Shown in pieces: positions 13,201-26,115 of a stretch of DNA of 64,000 nt (the first letter of the stretch is position 1; every line of letters starts with the position of its first letter). Origin of the DNA: Squalus acanthias (lineage: Eukaryota); the NCBI GenBank assembly GCA_030390025.1, contig CM059432.1:32924001-32988000 (forward strand). The letters run 5' to 3'. Below the pieces are notes generated by a model that was given only the letters and a program-made list of their open reading frames with translations, was not told where the DNA came from and did not search any database. The translations under genes were made by a program, and so were the position numbers.

Positions 13201-16200
13201 TCACCCTCACCAAATGTACTGCATCCATCGGATGAACAGGTGCATTTGCAGTCACTTATAGGTCTGTTCTTTCCCCTGTCGCAGGAGGAGAGCCGAGAAC
13301 ACTAGGGAGAGGGAGAGAACTGGAGGTGGTCCTCCACAGAATTTCCAGCTGACAACTGCAGAGGAGGAAGCACTGGAGATTCGGGGCATTTCGGTGTCCC
13401 TAGCCATCGGAGATAGGGAGATGGGGACCTCCCAGCTACCTGGTGACAGAATTAAATATCAGCGACCCACATGTCATACAATACTCAGTTATAAACCTTT
13501 TTTTGTGGTTGCACACCAACTGAACATTGATGGAGTGGAAGCCCTTGCGATTGACGCATACTCCTGGTTGATCTGGGGGTGCGCGGTTTGCCATGTGTGT
13601 GCAGTCAATGCCGCCCGGCATCTGTGGGAAGCCAGCCAGAGACACAAACCCGAGCGTCCGCTCATTCTGACTGATGTCATCACAGGCGAAGTTGACATAA
13701 TTGCCCTGGCAAACAACCTGCCTTATGCGTTTATGTGCAGCCGACTGGGAGATCCTGAATATGTCTTTGGCAGTGCCCTGGAAGTATCCGGAGGCAAAAA
13801 AGTTGAGGGCGGTGGTCACTTTCACAGCCACTGGTAATGTGTGGCCACCAGGTCCAGCAGGCAGCAGGTCTTCTTCTAGGAGGCTGCAAATATCTGTCAC
13901 CACCTGAAGTGACAACCTCAGCCTCCGGAGGCGCTGCTGTTGGGACATGTCAAGGAAACACAGCCTCTGCCTGTACACCCTGTTACGTGGGTAGTGCCAC
14001 TTGCGAACTCGACCCCTCTGCTGCTCCCCTTTCTACTGCTCCCCTATCTGCTCACCACCTGCAGGTCAATCCACTGCACGCTGTTGCTGCTGCTGATGGT
14101 CACCTTGCTCTTCATCCGAGGTCCAATCTAAGGCAGCCACAGCACCACCCATCCTGATCTGCATATCAATACCTCCAAAGTGCAGAAATTAACCTTTCAC
14201 CACAAGTACTCTCCGAGTGGTAGGTAAGAAAGCAGCTGTGAGCGCTGAGTATTTATTGCAGTATTTGCTTGGCTTTTAATGAGCCCCATGAATTGCCATT
14301 CTGTTCCCACCTTGGTTTCAATGGCGAGCTTCAGGAAACCCGGGAAACCCATGTATGTGCCATTAAATTTAAATGCCGGTTAAAATATAGCTGGAATTCA
14401 TATTTAAATTGCTAACCCGCCTCTCCGGAGGCAACCAGCCGAACGCGCCCGAGTTAAAACCGGGAATCAGCGCACTGGAGCCGGCTTCCGGACACGATCA
14501 CATTTTCGCCGTCTTTAACCACCTACCCGCAACTAAACCCACGCACTCCTCCAGGTTAAAATTCCCCCCAACATTTCAGGTCGATGACCTTTCATCAGAA
14601 CTGGAAGATGTTCGAGGTGAACAGGTTTTAAGCAAATATAGAGCCACGGAAAGGGGGTCAGGGACAGAACAAAGTCTGTGATAGGCTGGAGTGAAAAATA
14701 ACAAAAGGGATGATGGCGCTAGGCAAAAGGAGGTGATAATGAGACAAGTATAGAAACAAAAGATGGGTCCAGAGTAGGTGTAAATGGTTAAAGCAGTATA
14801 GCCGAGGGGGAGGATAGCATATCAAATCTGGCAAAGTGGAGAGGGTTGCCGTGGTATGGGAATGCGGCGGATGAAAAGCAGGTGGACTCCAGGGGTGCGG
14901 ACCACCCCGTGTTACTTTAGAGGATCTCCACCCCTAGCACCAGCCCAACCTTCTCCACTCCCAGTGGCTCTGGTGCAGCCATCCTCCATTACCAACACCT
15001 GCTGTCTGAGAGAAAATGGAAACGGCAAAAAGCCTAATTCCAATAACCAAAAGATTTCAACATTAAAAAAATCCATCAAGTGAATTTCCCTATATTCTTA
15101 TACAGAGAGATACAGTACAATTGCTGGTGCCTTTCAGTCAGCTCTCATTCCCTGGTTGTTTAAAGGCTGCCTGGGAGCAGTTATTTTGTACAGGAGATCT
15201 TACACGGCATTAGAAGTTACATTCCAGTGGCATTATTAACAGGGAGGGCTGCCGTCAAACCAGTCTTCTTGTTCATGACGTCACTGGATTGTAACTTCTA
15301 ATGCAGTATATGAACTCATAATGTCACTTTACATGGAGTTGCACACAAACTGGCTGTTTGCAAGCTGCTGCTAACCTATAATTCTGAAGTATAAAAACAC
15401 TATAGCAAGTGGCAAGATACTTAATTATAGTTTGTTATTGACTGTCCCAAGTGCTGGCATCAGTTTTTGCACCTCTAGATTTCCAGTGGTGCTATTTTGA
15501 ATGAAATTGTAAACAAACACATTTATGGTTTGTGCTCATTGTCAGAGCGCATCTGCTAAATCTCTGTACTTAAAAAGGTGTATAGTATACAGTGAATCAT
15601 AAATCTGCAGGGCTCTGGGGAAAGAGCAGGAGAGTGGGACTAATTGGATAGCTCTTTCAAAAAGCCGGCACAGACAAGATGGGCTGGATGTCCATCTTCT
15701 GTACTGTATGATTCTATGATTCCAAGAAAGAGACATCTGGGTAAGGGAGAAAGAGAGGGAAAGAAAGAGAGAGACACACACACACAAAGTTGGGGAGTGG
15801 GGAAATTAGAGAAAGACATACAATCAAGGGATGGGGGAGAGACAGAGAGAGATACACAACATGGAGAGGGGGTGGGCGACAGAGAGAGATACACACACTA
15901 ACAAATGTGTGAGGATAGAAAGATGTACACACACAATCCGGGCAGGTGGGATGGGGAAGAGAGAAAGAGAGAGACATAAACATAACCAAGAAACACAGGG
16001 GAACCTGAAGGGGAGAAAGAACAAATTAAAAGAAAAGGCAAGGAAAGACTATCAGACCCATCATGTCATCCTTTTGCTTACCCTCATATCCAATCATGTG
16101 AGGGATAAACACTCAACCTGAGGAGGGAGCAGAGGGATAGACACAAACAACTGGCATAACTGACTCAAATCTTCACTCCAACTGCAGTGTACCACTGTCC

Positions 16201-18566
16201 TACAGCCTGCAACTCTATTGACAGGATCCACTTTACTTGTGACCAATACCACAGATCAACTGCTACAGCTATAAACAATTGTTACAAGACGATTCTGCTT
16301 CAACTCAGAGTTGAAGTTGGATGAACGAGCATGGGGTGTGCACTGCAGCCCCTCCTCCTCATCCACGTCAATTCTGAGCATCACAGTGGTCTGCGAAAGA
16401 ACACAGGAAGATTACAACTGGCGCGCAGACAGTGGCAGGTGAATGAAAAGTATAGTTACAAAGAGAAAGAAGTTACCAAGTAACAAAGGTGTAGCTATGA
16501 CTTTAGTGATTATTGAGTATTAGTGATCAAAAATCTGCTTACAATGACCGTCTTTTAAACTTGCTGGGTTCGATGGTGTCTTCAGTTTGGTTAAAATCCT
16601 CTTGGTAGCTTTCAGCAGATTCATCAAGTAGTGAGTTACAGTCAGAAGACGCAGTGGTATCGGAAAATAATTTAGGACTTGTACCAAATCCGGAGCTTTC
16701 AGTAATGTTTTTGGCAGGAGGCATGCCAGAGAGATCGTAACTACTGTCACTGGAATTCGCTAAGCTTAACAAGAATTTGACTTTTCTTTTTGCATTGCTA
16801 CTGTCAACAAACAGGACATTATCAGAACTATTTGTCTCTTCAGAGGTAGAGGTTTGAGGATGGGGCCTATCCAGTTTATCTGACCCAAACTCACTGGAAC
16901 TATTGGGGCAGGTATCCAAGGCTCCACGTGTACCATCTATATCAACTGGCACAGGGTCACTGGGATCGCAACAATTGGTCTTCATGCTCAAAGGCACGGG
17001 ACTACCGGGATTCGTGTGGCCAGAGCTTGCTATCTTAAGTCCATCCAGGTTTACGAATTTTTCATTTGCTTCACTTCCTTCATAGCTGGGGTTGTTGACA
17101 TCAATAGGGCAAGCATGTTCAGACTTATTGAGGTTGGATATGTTAGCTTCATCATTCCTGGCAGGACTAGATTTATTAGATACACACCTACACCAAGAAA
17201 AACAAATACCATTGAGACAATGAATTCTATACGTGGACTGGCTTTGAGAACAGTTTTATTTATACTGTAATTGTTTTTTTAATTTCTAACTTTCTGTTGT
17301 CCTCTTCTGCAGGCACTTACAGGGCTATTGGAAGCCATCTTGCACGGTACTCTATGCTACACGTTTGAGCTAGATAATGGCTTTCAACGGACTATTCAGC
17401 CGTGGAGGTTAATCACAGCTAAACACAACATCCTGCAGGAGTCATTAGATCGTAATCAGAAGTGAGAACTCGGGCTGATTTTTGCCCTTCTCTAGCCCAG
17501 GGACAATGAAGCCAACTGTAACACCCCAACACTGACCTGGCTGAGTCAAGTTGACTCAAGATGAAATCCAGGATCCTATTGACCTGTATGGCTCAGTACC
17601 ACACCAGATGGTGTACTTACTGTTTGAGCCATGTGAGGAGCACACTACAGATTTTCTTTTGTTTTAATTTTAACTAAGAAACATTTCAAGACAAGACTGG
17701 GATAACTTTGACTTTGGGCAACAGTGTAAAACAGGCGATATCGGATCAGCCGCCCGTGATACATCGCTTGACGATTTTCATTTCCATTCAAGTCAGTGCG
17801 CCCATGTTTCTGCAACTCAGCACCAGTGGGTGACCCCTGATGGGCAGCGTGCTTTTGTGGCCGTTCGATCAATTGAGCCTGCTCTATCATTTTGGCAGCT
17901 CTATCTCTTCAATCCCAATTTCCTGCCCTCTCTCCCTAAATAAGTCCCAATCAACCCTTCAAACACCTCAATTGATTCTTCATTGATGGGCTTCTGGGAC
18001 AGTGCTTTCTACATTCTTCGAAACCTTTGTTTGAAGACATTTTTCCTTGGATTTGCTTTTAATCAGCCATATCTAAAATGAGGTCCCTTGTTCGGGATTC
18101 CTCTACTAAGGGGAGGAGCTGTTAAAAAAAATTATTCATTATCAGAATGTGGGCGTCACTGGCAAGACCGGCATTTATTGCCCATCCCTAGTTGCCCTTG
18201 AGAAGGTGGTGGTGAGCCATCGCCTTGAACCGGTGCAGTCCGTGTGGTGAAGGTACTCCCACAGTGCTGTTAGGGAGGGAGTTCCAGGATTTTGCCCCAG
18301 CAACGATGAAGGATTGGCGATATACTTCCAAGACAGGGTAGTGTGTAACTTGGAGGGGAACTTGGAGGTGGTAGTGGTGAGGCACAGAACCTTCCATCAG
18401 GTAACTGTACTGCACTGAGGCACAGAACCTTCCATCAGGTAACAGTGCTGCGCTGAAGCAGAGAGACAATATTGCATACACATACTTTCTGTACTTACTC
18501 GAGGGCAGTTCCCACGGATTTGTTGCTCTTCATTTCCGTCTCTGCTTTGTTCTCAGCCTTTTTGTC
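4106..18566 (-). CDS. EIF2AK2-like: eIF2-alpha kinase, PKR-like (spliced; 3' part lies outside the window). Exons 18499-18566, 16543-17187, optional 14916-15005, 11225-11344, 8929-9036, 4106-4277
   Basis: Exons have AG/GT borders with compatible phases (2,2,2,2,0). They join to ...YRKSFDELQSIGKGSFGSVYEVRHKIDNSVYAIKCVELTE|DVDAQTIIKEARTLARFSHQNIIRYYSSWIDTSSSR|AVKYLCIQMELCKQTL...IHSQNYIHRDLK. The L-x-IQMExC motif is typical of eIF2-alpha kinases. Orthology within the family is not established. Confidence 0.85.
4660..4720. repeat. 14-bp tandem repeat (ggagcgtaggaaca) x4; expanded CR1 3' tail
   Basis: Direct reading; continues into minus-strand CR1 3' sequence at 5301-5445. Confidence 0.8.
4729..5296 (+). 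mobile_element. Solo LTR (568 bp)
   Basis: TGTGGAAG...CTTCCACA termini, 4-bp TSD ccac, internal TATAAA and ATTAAA; interrupts a CR1 tail. Confidence 0.8.
5494..7272 (+). mobile_element. Penelope-like element, 5'-truncated (RT C-terminus and GIY-YIG endonuclease remnant)
   Basis: ORF 5727-6737 has LPFLD, YKPTD and LYIGETKRR. 5494-5775 is an inverted copy of 6890-7272. A SINE tail is inserted at about 6945-7062. Confidence 0.85.
7615..8025 (-). mobile_element. tRNA-derived Deu-type SINE, diverged
   Basis: Head gctcagttggtagcac...gttcaag; same body as 10135-10600. Confidence 0.75.
8929..9036 (-). CDS. Kinase exon, subdomains III-IV (KEARTLARFSHQNIIRYYSSW)
   Basis: Acceptor tcttatgttcttag, donor gtaggt, 108 nt, phase 2-2. 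Confidence 0.88.
10135..10600 (-). mobile_element. tRNA-derived Deu-type SINE, full length
   Basis: A- and B-box-like head and ...ctatataaatgcaagttcttt tail; many copies in the window (37000-37345, 39680-40110, 45757-46196). Confidence 0.85.
11225..11344 (-). CDS. Kinase exon, subdomains I-II (IGKGSFGSV...YAIK)
   Basis: Acceptor tttacag (an alternative AG lies 6 nt inside), donor gtaagt; Gly-rich loop and catalytic Lys present. Confidence 0.92.
11665..12335 (+). mobile_element. CR1 LINE 3' fragment
   Basis: [15 protein letters not shown] motif, ctatgattctatg tail. Confidence 0.85.
12495..14569. mobile_element. Degenerate, internally deleted Harbinger transposon (Myb/SANT remnant on +, transposase remnant on -)
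   Basis: QCRKRFNDLTR exon ending about 12993; IDCTH and NRKGFHSINVQLVC in 13436..13978; right terminus ttaaaattcccc. Confidence 0.8.
14916..15005 (-). CDS. Candidate symmetric cassette exon of the kinase gene (QQVLVMEDGCTRATGSGEGWAGARGGDPL)
   Basis: Strong acceptor ccattttctctcag, donor gtaaca, 90 nt, open in the required phase 2-2. Confidence 0.4.
16543..17187 (-). CDS. Large Ser/Asp/Asn-rich N-terminal exon of the kinase gene (about 215 aa)
   Basis: 645 nt open frame, acceptor tttcttggtgtag, donor gtaagc, phase 2-2; contains track ORF 16539..16997. Confidence 0.8.
18499..18566 (-). CDS. Kinase gene exon (DKKAENKAETEMKSNKSVGTALE); first in-frame ATG at 18533
   Basis: Acceptor atttttctcaacag, donor gtaagt; phase matches the exon starting at 17187. 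Confidence 0.75.
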
Positions 18567-18824
18567 CTGTTGAGAAAAATAGTTGCTTTGACAGCACTTT
18601 TAATGACAGCACTTTTAAACTCCCAACTGTCTGACCTTTGGCCCTCCTTTCGCCACAATACTTCTGCAGCTGCTCAATTATACCCTCACCATCTTTCCTT
18701 GTCCCCAGTAAAACCCTTACTCTCTCCCACCCTGGTTGCTCTCCTTGGTATGGTCCCCCATCTTCATTCCCTTAAGTCCAAGGGATGGAGAAATGAATGT
18801 ATATGGCAGCACTCAAGGTAGAAA

Positions 18825-21800
18825 AGTCATCCGGTCTGGATTTGATGCATCTTAGATTGCTGAGGGAAGTAAGGGTGGAGAAGGCTCTGGCCACAATCTT
18901 CCAATCCTCCTTAGATATGGGAGCGGTGCCAGAGGACTAGAAGGTTGCAAATGTTACACCACTGTTCAAAGAAGGCGAGAGGGATAAACCCAGCAACTTC
19001 AGGCCTGTCAGCTTAACGTCAGTGGTGGGAAACTTTTAGAGACAATAATCCAAGACAACATTAACTATTACTTGGAAAAATATGGGTTAATAACTGAAAG
19101 CCAAAATGTATTGTTAAAGGCAAATCATGTTTGACTAACTTGATTGAGTTCTTTGCTAAGAGACAGAAAGAGAGAGAAGTGCTGAAAAGTTTGTTTTTCA
19201 GACTGGAGGGAAGTATACAGTGGTGTGTCCCCAGGAGTCAATATTAGGACCACTGCTGTTTTTGACATATATTAATGACCTGGACGTGGGTATTCAGAGC
19301 ATAACTTCAAAGTTTGCAGATGACACGAAACTCAGAAATATAGTAAACAGTGAGGACGATAGTTCTCCTTCTTAGGCAGTCCCTCGGAACCGTGGATGAC
19401 TTGCTTCCACATTAAAAATGAGTTCTCAGGTGACTGATGAGTCCAATGCGGGACCTACAGTCTCTGTCACAGATGGGGCAGACGGTGGTTGAAGGGGCGG
19501 GTGGGTGGGGTGCTTGGGTTGACGTGCACTCCTTGCGCTGCTTGTGCTTGGCTTCCGCTTGCTCCCGGCGAAGACTTGAGGTGTTCGATGCCTTCCCAGA
19601 TGCTTGTCCTCCACTTTGTGCGGTCTTGGGCCAGGGATTCCCAGGTGTCAGTGGGGATGTTGCACTTTTTCAAGGAGGCTTTGAGGGTGTCCTTGAAGCG
19701 TTTCCTCTGCCCACCTGGGGCTCTCTTGTCGTGTCGGAGCTCCGAGTAGAGCGCTTGTTTTGGGAGTCTCGTATTGGGCATGCGGACGTTGTGACCCGTC
19801 CATCGGAGCTGATCGAGCGTGGGCAAAGCTTCGATGCTGGGGATGTTGGCCTGAGCGAGAACACTGACGTTGGTACGCCTATCTTGCCAATGGATTTGCA
19901 GGATCTTGTGGATGTAGCGATTATGGTACCTCTCCAGTGCTTTGAGGTGCCTGCTGTACATGGTCCATGTCTCTGAGGCATACAGCAGGGCGGGTATCAC
20001 TGCTGCTCTGTAGACCATGAGATTAGTGCCGGGTTTGAGGTCCTGGTCTTCAAACACTCTCTTCCTCAGGTGACCGATGGCTGCACTGGCACACTGAAGG
20101 CGGTGTTGGACTTTGTCATCGACGTCTGCCCTTGTTGACAGTAGGCTCCCGAGGTATGGAAAGTGGTCCACGTTGTCCAAGGCTTTGTCGTGGATTTTGA
20201 TAATCGGTTGGCAATACTGTGTGGCGGGGGCAGGTTGGTAGAGGACCTTTGTCTTACAGATGTTTAGTGTAAGGCCCATTCTCTCGTACACTTCAGTGAA
20301 GGTGTTGACGATGGTTTGGAGTTCGACCTCCGAGTGAGCGCAGACGCAAGCGTCGTCTGCATACTGTAATTCAACGACAGAGGATGGGACGACCTTGGAT
20401 CTGGACTGGAGGCGACGGAGGTTGAACAGTTTCCCGTTTGTTCTGTAAATTAGCTCCACTCCAGCGGGGAGCTTACTGAGGGTGAGATGGAGCATTGCAG
20501 CAAGGAAGATCGAGAAGAGCGTTGGTGCGATGACACAGCCTTGCTTGACCCCGGTCCGTACGTGAATTGGGTCTGTGGTGGAACCGTTGGTCAGGATCAC
20601 GGCTTGCATGTCGTCGTGAAGCAGGCGGAGGATGGTGACAAACTTTTGAGGGCAGCTGAATTTGAGGAGGACACTCCATAATCCCTCACGGTTGACAGTG
20701 TCGAAAGCCTTTGTGAGGTCAAAGAAGGCCATGTACAGCGGTTGGTGCTGTTCCCTGCATTTCTCTTGTAATTGACGTGCGGTGAAGATCATGTCCATTG
20801 TGCCCCTTAGTGGGCGGAATCCGCATTTCGACTCTGGGAGGAGCTCTTCGGCCACTGGGAGAAGGCGATTGAGGGGGATTTTTGCGATGACTTTCCCTGT
20901 GGCAGACAGCAGGGAAACTCCTCTGTAATTACTGCAATCGGACTTGTCACCTTTCTTGAAGATGGTCACAATTACGGCGTCTCTGAGATCCCCTGGCATG
21001 CTCTCCTCCTTCCAGATAAGAGAAATGAGTTCATGAATTCGCGCCAGTAGTGCTTCTCCGCCATGCTTTAGTGCCTCGGCAGGGATTCCATCTGCTCCTG
21101 AGGCCTTGTTGTTCTTCAGTTGTCGGATGTCCTTTTCAACCTCCTGCCGGGCTGGGGTTGTGCTGAGATGGTGGCGGGTAGCATGCTGCGGGATGGAGTT
21201 GAGGACACTCGCGTCGAAGACAGAGTCTCGGTTAAGGAGATCTTCGAAGTGCTCCTTTCAGCGGGCACTGACTGCCTCTCTGTCCTTGATGAGTACCTCT
21301 CCGTTCTTGGCCCTGCAGTGAGGTAGGACCGAGTGAGGGACCGCAAAGACGTCCGCATCACCCGCGCCATGACAGGAGCTGACGACTGCTGGACAGACCA
21401 CCGCCTAATCCGCTCTGTCATCTCCATCAATGTAGCGCCAAAACAGCGGTGGCAACAGAAACAATGCCGCAGGAAAATCAATGCTGGAGCACTCAAAGAC
21501 CCTGCTAAGAAAGCCCTATTCAGCCTGCGCCTCACAAACAACCTGATGACACCCAGTGATGCAGAGACACAGAGTGTCCACAGCGCCTGATCTGCACTCA
21601 AAGCCTCCATAATCAGCACCTGTGAAGAGACGCTCGGTCACTCGACCAGGAAACACCAAGACTGGTTCGACGAGAACGACCATGAGATCCAGGAGCTAAT
21701 AAGCCGCAAGCGCAAGGCATTCCTGATCTGGAAACAGCAACAGAACTCGAGAGCAAGGAAGCAGCTCTACAGACGCCTGAAGGCCGAGGTCCAACAAAAA

Positions 21801-22790
21801 ACTCGCGACCTAAAGAACAGATGGTGGGTGGAGAAAGCGCAGGAGATCCAGCAGCTAGCCGACAACCACGACGTGCGTGGATTCTTTAGTGCAGTCAAGA
21901 CCATCTACGGCCCAAGCACTCAAGGACGATAGTAACAGACTTCAGGAGGACATTTAAGGACTGATGAAATGGGCAGACAATTGGCAGCTGAAATTTAACG
22001 TAGAGATGTATGAAGTGATGCATTTTGGTAGGAAGAATGAGGCGAGGCAATATGAACTAAATGGAACAATTTTAAATGGGATGCAGGAGCAGAGAGACCT
22101 GGGGGTGTATGTGCACAAATTTTTGAAGGTGGCAGGACAAGTTGAGAAGGCTGTTAAAAAAGCATAAGGGATCCTTGGCTTTATAAACAAAGCTATAGAG
22201 TACAAAGCAAGGAAGGTATGCTAAACCTTCAAGAATCACTGGTTAGACCCCAGCTGGAGTATTGTGTCCCATTCTGCGCACCACACTTTAGGAAGGATGT
22301 CAGGGCCTTAGAGAGGGTGCTGAGGAGATTTACTAGAACGGTGCCAGGAATGCGGGACTTCAGTTATGTGGAGAGACTGGAGAAGCTGGGATTGTTATCC
22401 TTAGAGCAGAGAAGGTTAAGGGGAGATTTAATGGAGGTGTTCAAAATCATGCAGGGGTTTGATAGTGTAAATAAGGAGAAACTGTTTCCAGTGGTAGAAG
22501 GATAGGTTATCAGAGGATACAGATTTAAGATAATTACCAGAGGCGAGATGAGGAGAAATATTTTTACGTAGCGAGTTGTTATGACCTGGAATGCACTGCC
22601 TGAAAGGGTGGTGAAATCAGATTCAATAATAACTTTTAAATGGAATTGGATAAATATTTGAAGGGGAAATATTTGTAGGGCTATGAGGAAAGGGCAAGGG
22701 AATGGGACTAATTGGATAGCGCTTTCAAAGAGCTGGCACAGGCACGATGGGTCGAATGGCCTCCTTCTGTGTTGTATCATTCTATGACAC
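18825..22790 (+). mobile_element. CR1 LINE ORF2/3' part, split by an RTE insertion
   Basis: RT motifs (INDL, KFADD) up to 19363 resume at 21934 and run to the CR1 tail. Confidence 0.85.
19364..21922 (-). mobile_element. RTE-clade LINE with 5' inversion
   Basis: 510-aa RT ORF (GVKQGC, QYADD); 21331-21922 inverted; TSD aggacgatagt at 19353-19363 and 21923-21933. Confidence 0.92.
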
Positions 22791-23059
22791 TATAATTGGT
22801 TTAGCCATACATTGCCAGATCTGATTGGATCACATCAAGCACTATTGGGCCCTGATCTCCGCTGCCAAAACTGCTTAACACTCCAGGATAACCCCCGGCT
22901 TCTTTTCTCCACTACCAATCATCTCGTTAAATCCCTCCCCCACTGCCCCTCAACACTCACCTCGAACAACAAGTGCAAGAAGCTCATGGACCGTCTTACC
23001 ACTAAAACTGAGACCATCTGTTCAGCTGCATCTGCCACATTCCTCTTTTCCCCCAAACA

Positions 23060-25410
23060 ACAACAACTTGTATTTATATAGCACCTTTAACGTAGCAAAA
23101 CGTCGCAAGGCGTTTCACAGCAGTGTTATAAAAGACAATTTGACACCGGGTCACATAAGGGGAAATTAGGGTAGATGTCCAAAAGCTTGATCAAAGAAGT
23201 AGGTTTTAAGGAGCGTCTTAAAGGAGGAAAGAGAGGCGGAGAGGTTTAGGGAAGGAATTCCAGAGCTTAGGGCTTTGGCAGCTGAAGGCACGGCTGGCAA
23301 TAGTTGAGTAGTTAAAATCAGGGATGCTCAAGAGGCCAGAATCAGAGGAGTGCAGATATCTCGGAATGGTTGTGGGGCTGGAGGAGATTACAGGGATAGG
23401 GAGGAGCAAGGCCATGGAAGGATTTGAAAACAAGGATGAGAGTTTTAAAATCGAGGTGTTGTTTAACCGGAAGCCAATGTAGGTCAGTGAGCACAGAGGT
23501 GATGGGTGAACGGGACTTGGTGCGAGTTAGGACACGGGCAGCAGAGTTTTGGGATAACCTCAAGTTTACGTAGGGTAGAACGTGGGAGGCCAGCCAGGAG
23601 TGAGTTGGAATAGTCAAGTCTAGAGGTAACAAAGGCTTGGATGAGGGTTTCAGCAGCAGATGTGATGAGGCAGGGGCGGAGGTGAACGATGTTACGGAAG
23701 TGGAAATAGGCGGTCTTAGTTATGGCGCGGATATGTGGTTGGAAGCTCATTTCGGGTCAAATATGACACCAAGGTTGCGAATAGTCTGGTTCAGCCTCAG
23801 ACAGATGTTAGGGAGAGGGATAGAGTCAGTGGCTAGGGAACAGAGTTTGTGGTGGGGACTGAAGACAATGGCCTCGGTCTTCCCAATATTTAGTTGGAAT
23901 AAATTTCTGCTCATCCAGTACTGGATGTCGGACAAGCAGTCTGACAATTTAGAGACAGTGGCGGGTCGAGAGAAGTGGTGGTGAGGTAGAGCTGGGTGTT
24001 GTCAGCGTACATGTGGAAACTGACGCTGTGTTTTCAGATGATGTCACAGAGGCGCAGCATGTAGATGAGAAATAAGAAGGGCCAAGGATAGATCCTTGGG
24101 GGACACCAGAGGTAACAATGAGGGAGCAGGAGAGAGCCATTACAGGTAATTCACTGGCTACGATTAGATAGATAAGAATGGAACCAAGCAAGTGCAGTCC
24201 CACCCAGCTGGACGACGATGGAGAGGCGCTGGAGGAGAATGGAGTGGTTAACCGTGTCAAAGGCTGCAGACAGGTCGAGAAGGAGGAGGAGAGATACTTT
24301 ACCTTTGTTACAGTCGCATAAGATGTCATTTGTGACTTTGATAAGAGCCATTTCGATACTGTGGCGGGGGCGGAAACCTGATTGGAGGGATTCAAACATG
24401 GAGTTCTAGGAAAGATGGGCACAGATTGGGAGGCGTCAACACGTTCAAGGACTTTGGAGAGGAAAGGGAGGTTGGAGGTGGGACGGTAGTTTGCAAGGAC
24501 GGAGAGGTCAAGGGTTAGTTTGGTGAGGAGAGGGGTGATGATGGCAGATTTGCAGGAGAGTGGGACAGTACCTGAGGAGAGAGATCTTTTAACAATTTCA
24601 GCTAACATGGGAGCCAGAAGAGGAAGTTGGGTGGTCAGCAGTTTAGTGGGAATAGGGTCGAGGGAGCAGGAAGTGTGTCTCATGGACAAGATGAGCTTGG
24701 AGAGGGCATGAGGGAATACCGGAGAGAAACTGGAGAAAGTTCAGGGTTAGGGCAGCGGGGGGAACCTTAGAGTAAGTTTGGCTCGGGGAAGGAAGGGAAG
24801 TGGCAGAGGCAGCTGATTGGATGGTCTCAATTTTAGAGAGAAAGAAGTCCATGAGCTCCTCGTACTTGTTGTTGGCGATGAGGGTGGAGGAGACAGGGGA
24901 GAGGGGTTTAAGAAGATGGTTTGCAGGAGAGAAAAGAAGCTGGAGGTATTTTTGCATTTCAAAATGATCCTGGAAAAGTGAGCAGTTTTTGCAGAGGAGA
25001 GCTGGACCCGATGATGCTTTATATGTCCCAGCCAGATCTGGCGGTGAATGGCTAAACCAGTTGTCCACCATATCCATTCAAGTCTGCATCCCTTGGACTT
25101 AAGGAAGCGGAGATGAGGGCTGTACCAGGGGGAACGGCCAGGGTGAGAGAGAGTAATGGTTTTAATAGGGACTAGGGCAGCAAAGGTGGTGTGTGGTTGG
25201 CAGAAATGTCGTGGTGAATGGAGGGCCAAAGGCTGGACAGTTAGGATTTTGTAAGTGAGTTGGAGGAAAGTTTTTTCTAGGGGCATATACACAAGGAAGT
25301 AGGGTTAGGGAGGGGGGGGGGGAAGGGGGATATGGGTGGAGAGCGATAAAAGGAAGTGGTCAGAGATGGCCTTATCTGTAGTTAACACGATGGGACACAT
25401 CACACCAAGC
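23060..25410 (-). mobile_element. L2 LINE, decayed
   Basis: [21 protein letters not shown] and LHWLPV fragments; (caa)n tail; short plus-strand L2 pieces flank it. Confidence 0.85.
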
Positions 25411-25603
25411 TATCTTGAAGGTTTGCCCTTCCCTAGCCATGAATTTGCATCTTTCTCTAGTTTCGCTCCCATCTTCTCTCATGCACTCTCCAAGTTCATT
25501 ACATTACTAAAACAGATTATCTGGTCATTATTACATTGCTGTTTGTGGGAGCTTGCTGTGCGCAAATTGGCTGCCGCGTTTCCTTCATTGCAACAGTGAC
25601 TAC

Positions 25604-25984
25604 GAGAAGGAGTGCTTGTCTACGTTCGCATGCTCTATCTGACAATATTCCACTTGTAAATTGCTTTGTATGTTGAAGAAACAATATTCTCCTTTTAGAT
25701 TGCTTTTTATGCTGAAGTTAAAGAATAAATTAATTGTAACCATAAGACTGAATGTATTATTACTCAAGTGAACAACAGATGATTGTTTATAATAACAAAA
25801 AGATGAGAAGTATAGACTCACAAACTCACCAGCAGTTCACTGGGTCTCTGCGCCCGGCTCTTGTTCTTTAAGCTCTGCTGTTTCCTCCTCAGTTCAGAGA
25901 TTAGTTTCCTTAAGAACTCTGGAAGCTGCACAGTGTCAGTAAACGCTGCCCTTTCCAATCTTCGTGTTGTCCAGCAAAATGGAC
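25604..25984 (-). other. Probable upstream exons of the kinase gene (25830-~25984 and 25604-25711), either 5'UTR or coding
   Basis: Donor ctg|gtgagt at 25830 and acceptor ttctttaacttcag at 25711. Both frames are open and in phase with the 18566 exon but contain no in-frame ATG. The second donor (gtagtc) is weak. Confidence 0.5.
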
Positions 25985-26115
25985 CTTGGATTCAATTGAA
26001 AAAAATCACTCGGGAGCAATACACGGAGAGTAATAAGTAAGAAATTATCAGTTGATAAACATATGCCTAAATATGTCAGCCACTCCCCAGCTTTCTGATT
26101 CCTATCAATTCCTTA

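Noticed and set aside
15720..16040. Several overlapping ORFs (also at 1055-1382)
   Set aside because: GA/CA low-complexity sequence lacking stops by composition
16285..16390. Strong minus-strand acceptor (ttctttcgcag) with an open phase-0 frame
   Set aside because: Out of phase with the 16543 donor (immediate stop); could only be an alternative terminal exon, with no support
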